Assembly (NCBI GenBank): GCA_002269645.1
Contig: NIVC01000641.1
Span: forward strand, 1 to 64,000
From: Macrostomum lignano
Lineage: Eukaryota
DNA length: 64,000 nt
Direction: 5' to 3'
Below are positions 13,923 to 24,469 of this stretch, piece after piece (the stretch's first letter is position 1; each line of letters opens with the position of its first letter). A program made the position numbers and the translations under genes. The notes beneath the pieces are model-generated. The model ran no database searches. It was not told the origin of the DNA and was given only the letters and a program-made list of their open reading frames with translations.

Positions 13923-16900
13923 ATGTCAGCCAGCCGGCGTCAGCAACCGCAGCAGCAGCAGCAGCAGCGGGTCTTCGTAGTTGGCCCCGGCAACCGCGGC
14001 ATCGACGGCCTCGGCCCACGTCAGGGCAGCCGGGGCCTAGCACTGCCCGTCAGCCTGCCGATCACCAGCCACCCGCGGCGCAGTCAGGAGCGCACCAACC
14101 TGGGCAGGCAGCAGCCGCCAGCGAGGCTGCCGCCGATGATGCGCGACCCATCGATGTTGCTGCGGGAGTTCACCTTCACCGGCTACAACATCATGGAGGA
14201 CGGTGGGTGCCGCTGCGGCGGTTTAATGCTGCTCCACAGTCAGTTAAAGGCTCGGACTTGACCCACAGAACTGTAGCATGACCCACAGACTGTAGCATGA
14301 CCCACAGACTGTAGCATGACCCACAGACTGTAGCATGACCCACAGACTGTAGCATGACCCACAGACTGTAGCATGACCCACAGAACTGTAGCATGACCCA
14401 CAGAACTGTAGCATGACCCACAGAACTGTAGCATGACCCACAGAACTGTAGCATGACCCACAGACTGTAGCATGACCCACAGACTGTAGCATGACCCACA
14501 GAACTGTAGCATGACCCACAGAACTGTAGCATGACCCTCAGAACTGTAGCATGACCCACAGAACTGTAGGATGACCCTCAAAACTGTAGCATGACCCACA
14601 GAACTGTAGCATGACCCACAGAACTGTAGCATGACCAACAGAACTGTAGCATGACCAACATAACTGTAGCATGACCCACAGACTGTAGCATGACCCACAG
14701 AACTGTAGGATGACCCTCAAAACTGTAGCATGACCCACAGAACTGTAGCATGACCCACAGGAAACTCTTGAAGAGCCCCAGTGCCATGCAGTTTGCCCAG
14801 TTCACCCATTACCTCCAACCCAGACGGACACGAGCCGGAGTCCAGCGACGCTCAGGACGTGTTGCGCCAGCGCTACGAGTCGTCCTGCCGCCAGCTCGGC
14901 GTGGTGCCCGTCTCCACTGTCAAGCGGAGCTTCGGCCGCGACCGGCTGCACATGCGGGGCCGGCCGCTGGGCCCTAAAGGCACCAAGGCTGTGGCTATGA
15001 GCCTGCGGGTGAGTCAAGCATTGTCGTTATGATCGATCGGCACAAACACAAGAGCTACATCATCCTTGCGCGATTGCAGAACAGCGAGAGCATCAGCAGC
15101 ATCAGCATTCCGGAGAACAACATTCTGGATGACGGTCTGCTTGCCCTGTGCGACATGGTCAACACAGCTAGGCGGCTGCGCGAGCTAGTGAGCAGTGCTC
15201 AAAGTTTGGCTTGATGTCTGTTTTCAGATTGAGGGCAAAAATTGGTTTACAGATTCTATATTGCCTCGTCGGAAAATGCTACCACCTCTCAAAAATCACA
15301 AACTGCACCATTTCTTTGAAACCTCTAAGGCCTTTCAAGACACAGTGCTGTCCTTCCCAGTACTGCCCTCCCAGACACATACTGCCCTCCCAGACACAGT
15401 ACTGCCCTCCCAGACACAGTACTGCCCTCCCAGACACAGTACTGCCCTCCCAGACACAGTACTGCCCTTCCAGACACAGTAATGTCCTTCCAGACACAGT
15501 ACTGCACCTCCAGACACAGTACTGCCCTCCCAGACACATACTGCCCTCCCAGACACATACTGCCCTCCCAGACACAGTACTGCCCTCCCAGACACAGTAC
15601 TGCCCTCCCAGACACAGTACTGCCCTTCCAGACACAGTACTGCCCCTCCAGACAAACTACTGCCCCTCCAGAGACACTACTGCCCCTCCAGACACACTAT
15701 ACTGCCCCTCCAGACACACTACTGCCCCTAAAGACACACTATACTGCCCCTCCAGACACACTATCCTGCCCCTAAAGACACACTATACTGCCCCTCCAGA
15801 CACACTATCCTGCCCCTAAAGACACACTACTGTCTTTCCAGACACCATTGTATCTGTCAAGGCTCGAATGCCAGGCTCCTTACAAAACACATGAAAGCAG
15901 ACAAAAATCTTTAAAGATTCTCTTCATTCTCTCTGCCCCCAAGGACTTGTCCTCAAACGGCCTTGGCGAGCGCGGCTTGGCGGGTCTGTGCTCAGCTCTG
16001 CTAAACAACAACAGCCTAGCCAAGCTCGATCTGTCTCACAACTCCATCACTGATAAGGAAGCTGCGTTCGTCTGTAAACTGTTAGAGGTAACTCAGTTGT
16101 TCTAAAAATTTAAGATTAGCTTGAGCTTAACTTGCGAAGTCTCCGTTGATTTGCATTGCAGAACAACATTCACCTTAAGCAGTTAATTCTATCAAAGAAT
16201 GCTATCGAATGCAACGATGGCGGCATGGAGTCTGCTCTGGGTAAGAAATGCTCTAAAATCTTTTTGCACTTTTACACCTGAGAGAGCGAAAAAACATGAA
16301 TAAAAAATTTAATGCATTGAATTTTTAGGCTACAATGACACACTGGAAGTGCTGGATCTCAGCTGGAACCGCATCCGAGAAGAGGGAGCCAACAGCCTGA
16401 CGAAAGGACTCTACGTGAGTACGGGGGATCGGGCTACTCAGTGTAGACATAAATAGTTGGTTGGCTGAGAGTCACGTGACATTGGGGTGAGTACGGGATC
16501 GGGCTACTCAATGGAGACATAAATAGTTGGTTGGCTGAGAGTCACGTGACATTGGGGTGAGTACGGGATCGGGCTACTCAATGTAGACATAAATAGTTGG
16601 TTGGCTGAGAGTCACGTGACATTGTGGTGAGTACGGGATCGGGCTACTCAATGTAGACATAAATAGTTGGTTGGCTGAGAGTCACGTGACATTGTGGTAA
16701 GTACGGGATCGGGCTACTCAATGTAGACATAAATAGTTGGTTGGCTGAGAGTCACGTGACATTGGGGTGAGTACGGGATCGGGCTACTCAATGTAGACAT
16801 AAATAGTTGGTTGGCTGAGAGTCACGTGACATTGTGGTAAGTACGGAATCGGGCTACTCAATGTAGACATAAATAGTTGGTTGGCTGAGAGTCACGTGAC

Positions 16901-19900
16901 ATTGGGGTGAGTACGGGGATCGGGCTACTCAATGGAGACATAAATAGTTGGTTGGCTGAGAGTCACGTGACATTGGGGTGAGTACGGGATCGGGCTACTC
17001 AATGTAGACATAAATAGTTGGTTGGCTGAGAGTCACGTGACATTGGGGTGAGTACGGGATCGGGCTACTCAATGGAGACATAAATAGTTGGTTGGCTGAG
17101 AGTCACGTGACATTGGGGTGAGTACGGGATCGGGCTACTCAATGTAGACATAAATAGTTGGTTGGCTGAGAGTCACGTGACATTGGGGTGAGTACGGGAT
17201 CGGGCTACTCAATGTAGACATAAATAGTTGGTTGGCTGAGAGTCACGTGACATTGGGGTGATTACGGGGATCGGGCTACTCAATGTAGACATAAATAGTT
17301 GGTTGGCTGAGAGTCACGTGACATTGGGGTGAGTACGGGATCGGGCTACTCAATGGAGACATAAATAGTTGGTTGGCTGAGAGTCACGTGACATTGGGGT
17401 GAGTACGGGATCGGGCTACTCAATGTAGACATAAATAGTTGGTTGGCTGAGAGTCACGTGACATTGGGGTGAGTACGGGATCGGGCTACTCAGTGTAGAC
17501 ATAAATAGTTGATTAGCTGAGAGTCACGTGACACTGGGGTGATTACGGGTATCGGGCTACTCAATGTAGACATAAATAGTTGGTTGGCTAAGAGTCACGT
17601 GACATTGGGGTGAGTACGGGATCGGGCTACTCAATGTAGACATAAATAGTTGGTTGGCTGAGAGTCACGTGACATTGGGGTGAGTTCGGGTATCGGGCTA
17701 CTCAATGTAGACATAAATAGTTGGTTGGCTGAGAGTCACGTGACATTGGGGTGAGTACGGGGGACTACGCAACGGGGTGTACAGGGGCCCTGACTTTCTA
17801 ATCGTCAGGCACGTGCACTCTGTGCCTTGGGGACTGCCCCCTCATGCATCGCACGACAAGCCTCAGGTAAATTTTCATGCACAAGCGAGAGTCGGACGCG
17901 TTCCCTGCTCAGGTACTCTGTCCTCGCACTAATCATAAATTTCCCTTTGACTATGCTCTGCCAGCAGCCTCCTTGCATGCTCAGACTGCAGGTGCTTTCC
18001 GACTCGTTTCACTCTCAATAATTCATGAAGTTTTCTACAAAGTGCGGTTATGCTTCGTCGTGCAGGCCAACAACGGGCTGAAGGACCTCGATCTGTCCTG
18101 GAACGGCTTCAGCGACCGCTCCTGCCAGGGCTTGGTGACGGCTCTGCGCAAGAACTTCGTGCTGGAGAAGCTGCGCCTCAGGCACAACCGGATGTCCGGC
18201 CGGTCCGCGCTGGCCATTGTGCAGACTCTGCAGCAGAACTCCAGTCTCACCACGCTAGATATGAGTCCTAGTTGTAAAATTTTTGCGTTGCTCAGTAATT
18301 CCTTATTTATCTTGTTCTTTAATTTCGTGTTGCTCCGTTCCGACACAAAGTGAAAAGCCAGTTGGACAAATAAATCCCCGTTGATAAAAAAGGGGCGAAA
18401 AATGGCTTTGTATTCCTACTGCTAGAAACAGATTGTGGGAGCATTCATTATAGAGCTAAGTCAGTGGCGGCTTTCGTGGAAACGTTAAAGTTTAGTGTTC
18501 ATCAGCAGCATGGATCGAGGCAGATGATTCAGAATGATGGCAATTTCTGCCCCAGAGCCTGCCGCTGCCAACTCCAGGGCATCAGACGGCAATCCAGGCT
18601 TCGCCTGTTTCGTTCATAAAGAGGGCGGCGAAGCTGCTGAGCTGGCAGAGACCACTGCTTTCGTTGAAGCGATAGGCAACGCAGCTGGCAGTCCGAGCGC
18701 AAAAGCCGGCGCACATGACGAGACTCCGCGTCGTGATGCTCCAGCCCTGAGAGCCGCCCGATGTGACCAGCGAAGGGGCGGCTGATGCAGCAATCTTTCG
18801 GAAGCGACGGAGCTTTTGAGAGCCTGCAAACCAAAGCGCACAAACTTGATCAAGAATCAATTGGCTGCATAATACCTATACGACCTACACATATACGACT
18901 CATATGAGAACAATCAACGCACGAAGAAAACTGCAGACATATTTACCAAACGAGTACACATTCTCGTAGATGGAGTTTCGGTATGGTCCGCCGCAAATCT
19001 GACTGGCATTCCCTCTGCATGGGTACATGCAATCAGATTCTGGCGCGGGACCCAAGGAGCCGTAACTGGAGTCGCATGTACAGTCGGTGTAAGCTTGCAC
19101 ACCAGCGTATCGAAAGCCGCCGTAGGTGCAGATCTCGCTGCACAGATCCACCGTCATGTCGTCTCTTCTCACACTGGCCTGCGCCATGTAGGTGACGCTG
19201 AATGGTCCCAGCTGAGAGATGCCAACAAGGCCCTGCATGTCCCTGTTGGGAGCAGCTTGATCTTCGAAGCAGCCGACGTAGACTGGAGTAACTTTGTGCT
19301 GGCACACCGACTTGGATACCAGCAGAGAGACCAGGGCAGCAGCCGCCCATGCAGCGAGACGGGCACGCATGACTTGTAGCTGAACTTGCTAACTCCTGTC
19401 TCGCAGATGCGTCTCACTTGTTGCTGCTTAAAAACTTTGCTAACCTGTTGGAGTTTTGATCGGATGCCAGCATCCTGCTGCCAATTTCCTGCTTTAAGCA
19501 ACCTGAAATTTTGGAAGAAAAATAGATGGAAGACGGGTGACTGCGCGATTTCTGGCAAAAGTGCCAAAAGAAACTTGGTCCTTCCCTTTTGTTCAAAGGC
19601 GCAGGAAGTGGAGGATCCAGTGCATGGGACAAAGCTGCTTTGGTGGGTAGATGGCGGAAAGACTAAGAGGCTTTCTGGCTATGATTGCCAAAACCTGACA
19701 TTGATTTTTTTACAAAAAAAGTTTCCGGTAAAAGATCGTTGACAGTCAGTTACTCAGAAACTTATTTTGACATTTCAAAAATTTTTTAGCAAATTCGGGT
19801 TGTGATTGAAGCTGTAATTGTCAAAACGCAGTTAGGTTAGTTTTGTAGGCTTGCAAAGTTCTTGAATAAATATCAATTGACATAATATAAATGATTACAC

Positions 19901-21865
19901 TTGCCCTAATGCACAGATGTGCAAGCCGCATCTTGAAGGCTGCGTACGGCTGTTCAGTCCATGCACTGGGGGGTCGCCACACACACACACACACACCCTC
20001 AATTACCCCAGCTAATGCTGGTACCCATTTTAAAACTGGTACCCGTCTTGCTCAAGGACACAACTTGTTCCGAGTGGGTCGAGAATCGAACCCCCGACCT
20101 TTTAGTCGCGAGTCCGACGCTCTGACCACTAGGCTGCAACCCCTTCAAACAAGAACAAGCAGAACGAGAAGCGATGCTGCACCAGAATTTCCAACATTAA
20201 ACTTCAGAAACGCCCTGTCACGTATCTACTTTCCTTGTTTTTCAACTAAAATCTCCGTTTATATCATTGGATTTGATTCTTTTCTAAATAAATTTGTCAC
20301 CGCAACCGGCTTGTCTTTAGCTCGGCTACAACCCCATCGAGTCGAAGGACACTCCCGCCCTGTTGGAGCCGTTCCTGAAGGACGCCATTCCCTCCGGTCA
20401 CGGCATCAAGGATGTCGACTTGAGCGGCGTCGCTGTGCCGCCACAGTTCCTGGTCAGCCTGGCGCGCCTGCAGACGGGACGCCTCCTGCGCGTCACCTAC
20501 GGCTGCGTGGCTGCGCCCGACGGAGTGCGGCAGGGCCAGACCAGCTTCAACAATCGTCGGCACCAGCTGGTTGAACGGACCTTCGAGCACGTCAAGGCAT
20601 TGCGCATCGGGCTAGACGAACTGCGCGGCCTGTTCGCTGCTGGCGGAGGAGGCGGCGACGGCGGGGGCAACAATGGGGAGACTTCGACAGTCGAGGCAGC
20701 AAGCGGGGGAATCAACGGATTCATCGCAGGACTGCAGGTAGGGACCGTGCGTCAGAGCTTACTTTGTGATTAAAAGACCCGTTAGCTCGTATGCCGTTGT
20801 TATCATTTGATGACGGCTTCGAATGAGCATTAAATTGCCGCTAGTCAATGCATGATGGCCATAAGGACCACTAGAAGACTACGCTGAATAGTCATCGTAT
20901 TTTTCTTAAATAACGCATGTTACCGCGTGTGTATAGAGCGTGGACAGGTCTCTGGATTATGGGTCACAGCTAAATGGTCAAAGCTTCTGCTTCTGCATGA
21001 GGCGTGATACGAGAATTTAGTGAATGCTTCGGGTTGGCCCTTAGATGGCTATCATGCATTATACTCAAGAATAAGTCAGGTCCGCTGTACACCTTGTGTG
21101 AGCGTGTGAATGAGTTTCCTGCGTAAAGTACTGGCGCACTTGCATGTACTCAGGAGTCAGCGGGCAGAACGGGTAGAATTGCCTCAGCTCTGGTTGTGGT
21201 ACCATGTCGCCGAAGGCGTTGTGCCAGGGTGCTTACAGCCCTCCAGCAAGTATTTACTTTATATTTATATTTCTACTAACTGTGTACTATAATATTGAAT
21301 TTGTTGTGCTTTCTGTGGCCTCAAATATGCAGAATCTTCAAGTTTCCCTGAGCGACATCGAGCGCTACAAGTTGGCCCGGTACTGCGGGCGCAGAGGTAG
21401 AAAACTGTTCGAGTGAGTCGTTGCTTCCTGAGCACCTTTTGTCCAGTATTTCACCAGATGTTTTAAAGTCTACTTTGAAAATTCAATACTTTGTCACTTT
21501 CAGAACGCTTCTCCAGGAACTGCAGGTCAGGAATATTCAAAGTTGTGGCGAGTTGAGCCACGTAAAGTTTATTTGGTAGTAGCAGGGTGGAGGCGCGCGA
21601 GACAAAGGTCTAAAGTTATATAGGCCAGCGGTGTACACTGGGCAGCCCATCAACGCACAGCGACCGTGCACATAGCGCCGGCCCTCCCGGCCGGGGTTGG
21701 GGTGGCTGCCGGAGCGCGCACGCGCGTGTGGCGTGACCGCCACAAGGTCTTGATAGTAGAATTGAACGCAATTTGTGACTTGACACCTTACAGATTAACG
21801 CTACCTTTATTACAGGGCGGCGAGGTGTGGTGAACTCAACTTACTTTAACTGCAGCGGACCATGA
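13923..21865 (+). CDS. LRRC74: LRRC74A/B-like RNI-type leucine-rich repeat protein; exons 13923-14202, 14782-15008, 15080-15187, 15944-16087, 16162-16240, 16329-16414, 18066-18260, 20321-20737, 21333-21412, 21504-21525, 21856-21865 (last three tentative)
   Basis: YESSCRQLGVVPVSTVKRSFGRDRLHMRGRPLGPKGTKAVAMSL matches the LRRC74 N-terminal pattern. Successive exons encode LRRs (DLSSNGLGERG, LDLSHNSITDKE, LDLSWNRIREEG, LDLSWNGFSDRS, LRLRHNRMSGRS, LD|LGYNPIESKD) with compatible phases. The donor at 18261 reads ATGAGT rather than GTGAGT. Confidence 0.85.
14258..14760. repeat. Minisatellite, 18-19-bp unit GACCCACAG(A)ACTGTAGCAT, about 27 units, LRRC74 intron 1
   Basis: Direct periodicity. Confidence 0.97.
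15335..15846. repeat. Minisatellite, 20-bp unit ACTGCCCTCCCAGACACAGT (22-bp variants 3'), LRRC74 intron 3
   Basis: Direct periodicity. Confidence 0.96.
16415..17763. repeat. Minisatellite, 70-bp unit GTGAGTACGGGATCGGGCTACTCAATGTAGACATAAATAGTTGGTTGGCTGAGAGTCACGTGACATTGGG, 19 units, starting exactly at the donor of LRRC74 intron 6
   Basis: GTGAGTAC at 16415, 16487, 16557 and onward (period 70); a partial 20th unit at about 17751. Confidence 0.98.
18582..19370 (-). CDS. Secreted WSC-domain + PAN/apple-domain protein, paralogue 1 (221 aa); exons 19370-18947 and 18823-18582; nested antisense in LRRC74 intron 7
   Basis: Signal peptide MRARLAAWAAAALVSLLVSKSVC; 8-Cys WSC pattern (YVGCFED...MTVDLCSEICTYGGFRYAGVQ...CTCD...CMYPCRGNASQICGG...SIY); phase-1 GT-AG intron; PAN core MCAGFCARTASCVAYRFNESSGLCQLSS. 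Confidence 0.9.
19885..20143 (-). mobile_element. tRNA-derived SINE, copy 2 (part of the core deleted)
   Basis: GCTGCGTACGGCTGTTCA...CCCTCAATTACCCCAGCTAATGCTGG...GTCTTGCTCAAGGA...ATCGAACCCCCGACCTT...ACCACTAGGCT shared with copy 1. Confidence 0.85.
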
Positions 21866-22152
21866 TGAGGATGGATGCGTTCATGAAACTTGACTCTCAA
21901 CTGCCATTCTCAGTCTCCAGTACGAGCTACCTGCTGCGAAAATATCGAATTATGCTTTGACGAATAGCTGAGTGGCTATTGGTCTCGCATTATCTGTCAG
22001 CTATGACGTTTTACTCATTTTTTATCTCATTTTGATTACCACAAAATATGTCTATTGAGCTTATGGAGACGAAAATAAGTTGAAATATACGCGGAGCTGT
22101 CTTAGACTCAGTCATTTATGTTCAAATTAGGGACAACCAGAACCTTTTTCCT

Positions 22153-22470
22153 GGGGTTGTAGCCAGGTGGTTAGAGCGTCGAACTCGCGACTTAAAGATC
22201 GGGGGTTCGATTCCCGGATCCAACAGTAACAAATTGTCTCCTTGAGCAAGACATTTAACTCTGCATCGATTCAGTTCACCCATCTATAAAATGGGTGCCA
22301 GCATTAGCTGGGGTAATTGAAGGTGTCTATCGCGACCCCCCCCGTCCTTGGACTGAACAGCCGTACGCAGCCTTCAGATGCGCCGCGCAATAGCTGCGGC
22401 TGAGCTGTCGGTTGCACATCTGTCCATAGGGGCAGGTGCAATAAATTGTTATTGTTATCTATTCGGAATC
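22153..22470 (+). mobile_element. tRNA-derived SINE, copy 3
   Basis: GGGGTTGTAGCCAGGTGGTTAGAGCG...GGGGTTCGATTCCC head, core CCTTGAGCAAGACATTTAA...TTCACCCATCTATAAAATGGGTGCCAGC, and an AT-rich (TTA-like) tail. Confidence 0.85.
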
Positions 22471-22682
22471 GAATGCTGAAATGAAATATATAAACTCGGT
22501 CTTCTTGGTATAATAAATCTTTGGGGTGTGAAACCCTAAAACAGCAAAATTTGCATTATTCTTTTAAGTTTCATTATATTTTTGCTTTATATTAATTATT
22601 CCCTTCCATATGAGAACTGTGAATTGAACGAATCACAAAAACACCGCGGCAGTCAGTGAGCCAGCCAGCTTAAAGGCTTTAT

Positions 22683-23468
22683 TTAGGCGGAGATCCAGAC
22701 ATCGCCAGTCTCGTTGGCGAAGGCGGTTGCGAAGCTGCTGAGGCGGCAGAGGCCGCTGCTGCTGTTGAAGCGATAGGAGGAGCAGCTGGCAGACCGGGCG
22801 CAGGAGGCAGCGCACTGCATCAGATTCTGCGTCTTGACGTCCCAGCCCAGGGAGCCGGCGAATTCGGCAGTGGCGACCAGCGGAGAGGCGGCAGAGGCGG
22901 CAAACTTGCGGAAGAGACGCCCTTAGGAGCCTTCGGCGAATAGAAAAGGGTTTAGCAAAGTTTAGAAAAATCCTATTCATATGCTCGCAGAATAAACAAT
23001 TGCGACTATGCAATAAAAAAGGGCGACTGTGCAAACTGACTCACTCGTTGAGTACACATTCTCGTAGATGGAGTTTCGGTACGATCCGCCGCAAATCTGG
23101 GCGGCATTTCCGGAGCATTGGTACACGCAATCAGCTTCAGGCGCTTGTCCGAATGAGCCGTAGCTGGAGTCGCAGGCGCAGTCATTGATGCCCTGAACTG
23201 CAGCGTATCGAAAGCCGCCGTAGGTGCAGATCTCTCTGCACAGCTCCACCGTCATGTCGCTTCTTCGCACAAAGCCTTGCGCCATATAGGTGACGCTAAA
23301 CGGTCCAAGCTGGGCGATGCCAAACAGGCCCTGCATGTCCCTGTTGTGAGCAGCTTGGTCAACGAAGCAGCCCACATAGACCGGAGTGGCTTTGCGCTGG
23401 CACAGCGACCCGGAGACCAGCAGAGCGGCCACTGCAACAGCGACCAAAGCATTGAGTCCCGAACTCAT
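22683..23468 (-). CDS. Secreted WSC + PAN/apple protein, paralogue 2 (220 aa); exons 23468-23045 and 22921-22683
   Basis: Signal peptide MSSGLNALVAVAVAALLVSGSLC. Exon 1 has the same length as in paralogue 1 (424 nt), with 24 differences in about 117 aligned mature residues (hand count). Exon 2: RLFRKFAASAASPLV...QCAASCARSASCSSYRFNSSSGLCRLSS...VWISA*. Confidence 0.88.
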
Positions 23469-24074
23469 TGCCTCTGTTGTGAGATCCCGCACAAAGAAAT
23501 GTATCTGGCACACATGCTAGCGATCTCCTTTGCAAACTTTTATAGTAGCTCTACTGGCATTGAGTTTTTTTGGAGTCCCAGGGCGAGCAGAGAATTTAGA
23601 ATTTAAGCAGTAAATTTGACACGCAAATTTAGCTTTTTGTTCAATGAGTGATGCTAAAAAATTACTGACGTGACGGATGCGTGACAGCTTTTAATGCCTA
23701 TTTTTTAGCTCTACCTTTCAACTTTTTCATTGAATGGAATGGGAAGAAAAAGTTTTTTCTAGTGAAAAACTAGATTTGCTTTGAAAAGTAATAAACTAGT
23801 GAATTGCAGTTTAAACACGCGTCGATGTTTGTTGGTTACGAGCGTACGACTTAGACAAGGTTCGAAAGCTCTGCATGAATTCATAAGAATAATTTGCACT
23901 TTGACAATTACTTGACTTAGCTGCAGACATTCCCGGGAGGGACACAGCAGGAAGGCGGGGACTCCCATGCCGGTAGTGCAACTAACCCGAGTTGAGCGTT
24001 GTTGGGTACTGATCCACGCTTTGATGCACCCACCAGGCCGCTCAACCCGACAAGGCAGTGTAGGCTAAAAAAAT

Positions 24075-24469
24075 CGTCAAGGCAGAGGCGGCGAACTTGC
24101 GCAAACGACGCTCCTAGGAGTCTGCAAATGCCAATGAATACCGAGGCCCACGAGTCAATTAAACTGTCCAGCAGTCAGGTTTGATCGCCCTCACTCATTA
24201 AGTCGATGCTCTCGTAGCTGGAGTTTCGGTACGCTCCTCCACAAATCCGGCTGGCATTGCAGCGACATTGGTACACGCACTCAGATTCTGGTGCGGGACC
24301 TAAAGAGACGTTGCTGGAGTTTTTTTAGGTACAGATTTTGCTGCACAGTTCTACAGTGGTAATTTCTTCTAACAAACGAGTGGAGTGGTCTTGCATTGAC
24401 ACATCGACTCGGAGCCCAGTAGAGCAGTGACTGCGAGGGCCACAAATGTCTTAAGAGACTATGAGGCAT
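24075..24469 (-). pseudogene. WSC + PAN paralogue 3, internally deleted and truncated
   Basis: Remnants in shifting frames: FVALAVTALLGSESMCQCKTTP, FVRRN, TVELCSKICT*, SLGPAPESECVYQCRCNASRICGGAYRNSSYE, a GTGAG donor, then an exon-2 fragment RRLRKFAASA that ends at about 24075. Confidence 0.8.

Noticed and set aside
14761-14781. Array-terminal CACAG as the LRRC74 exon-2 acceptor
   Set aside because: Introduces an in-frame TGA at 14769; CCCCAG at 14781 gives an open, phase-compatible exon.
16415-17763. Regular 70-bp repeats considered as a CRISPR-like array
   Set aside because: No unique spacers; whole units repeat head to tail; eukaryotic intron; no cas genes.
22153-22230. tRNA-like sequence with A and B boxes
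   Set aside because: The acceptor stem does not close and it continues into the SINE core seen in four copies, so it is a SINE head rather than a tRNA gene.
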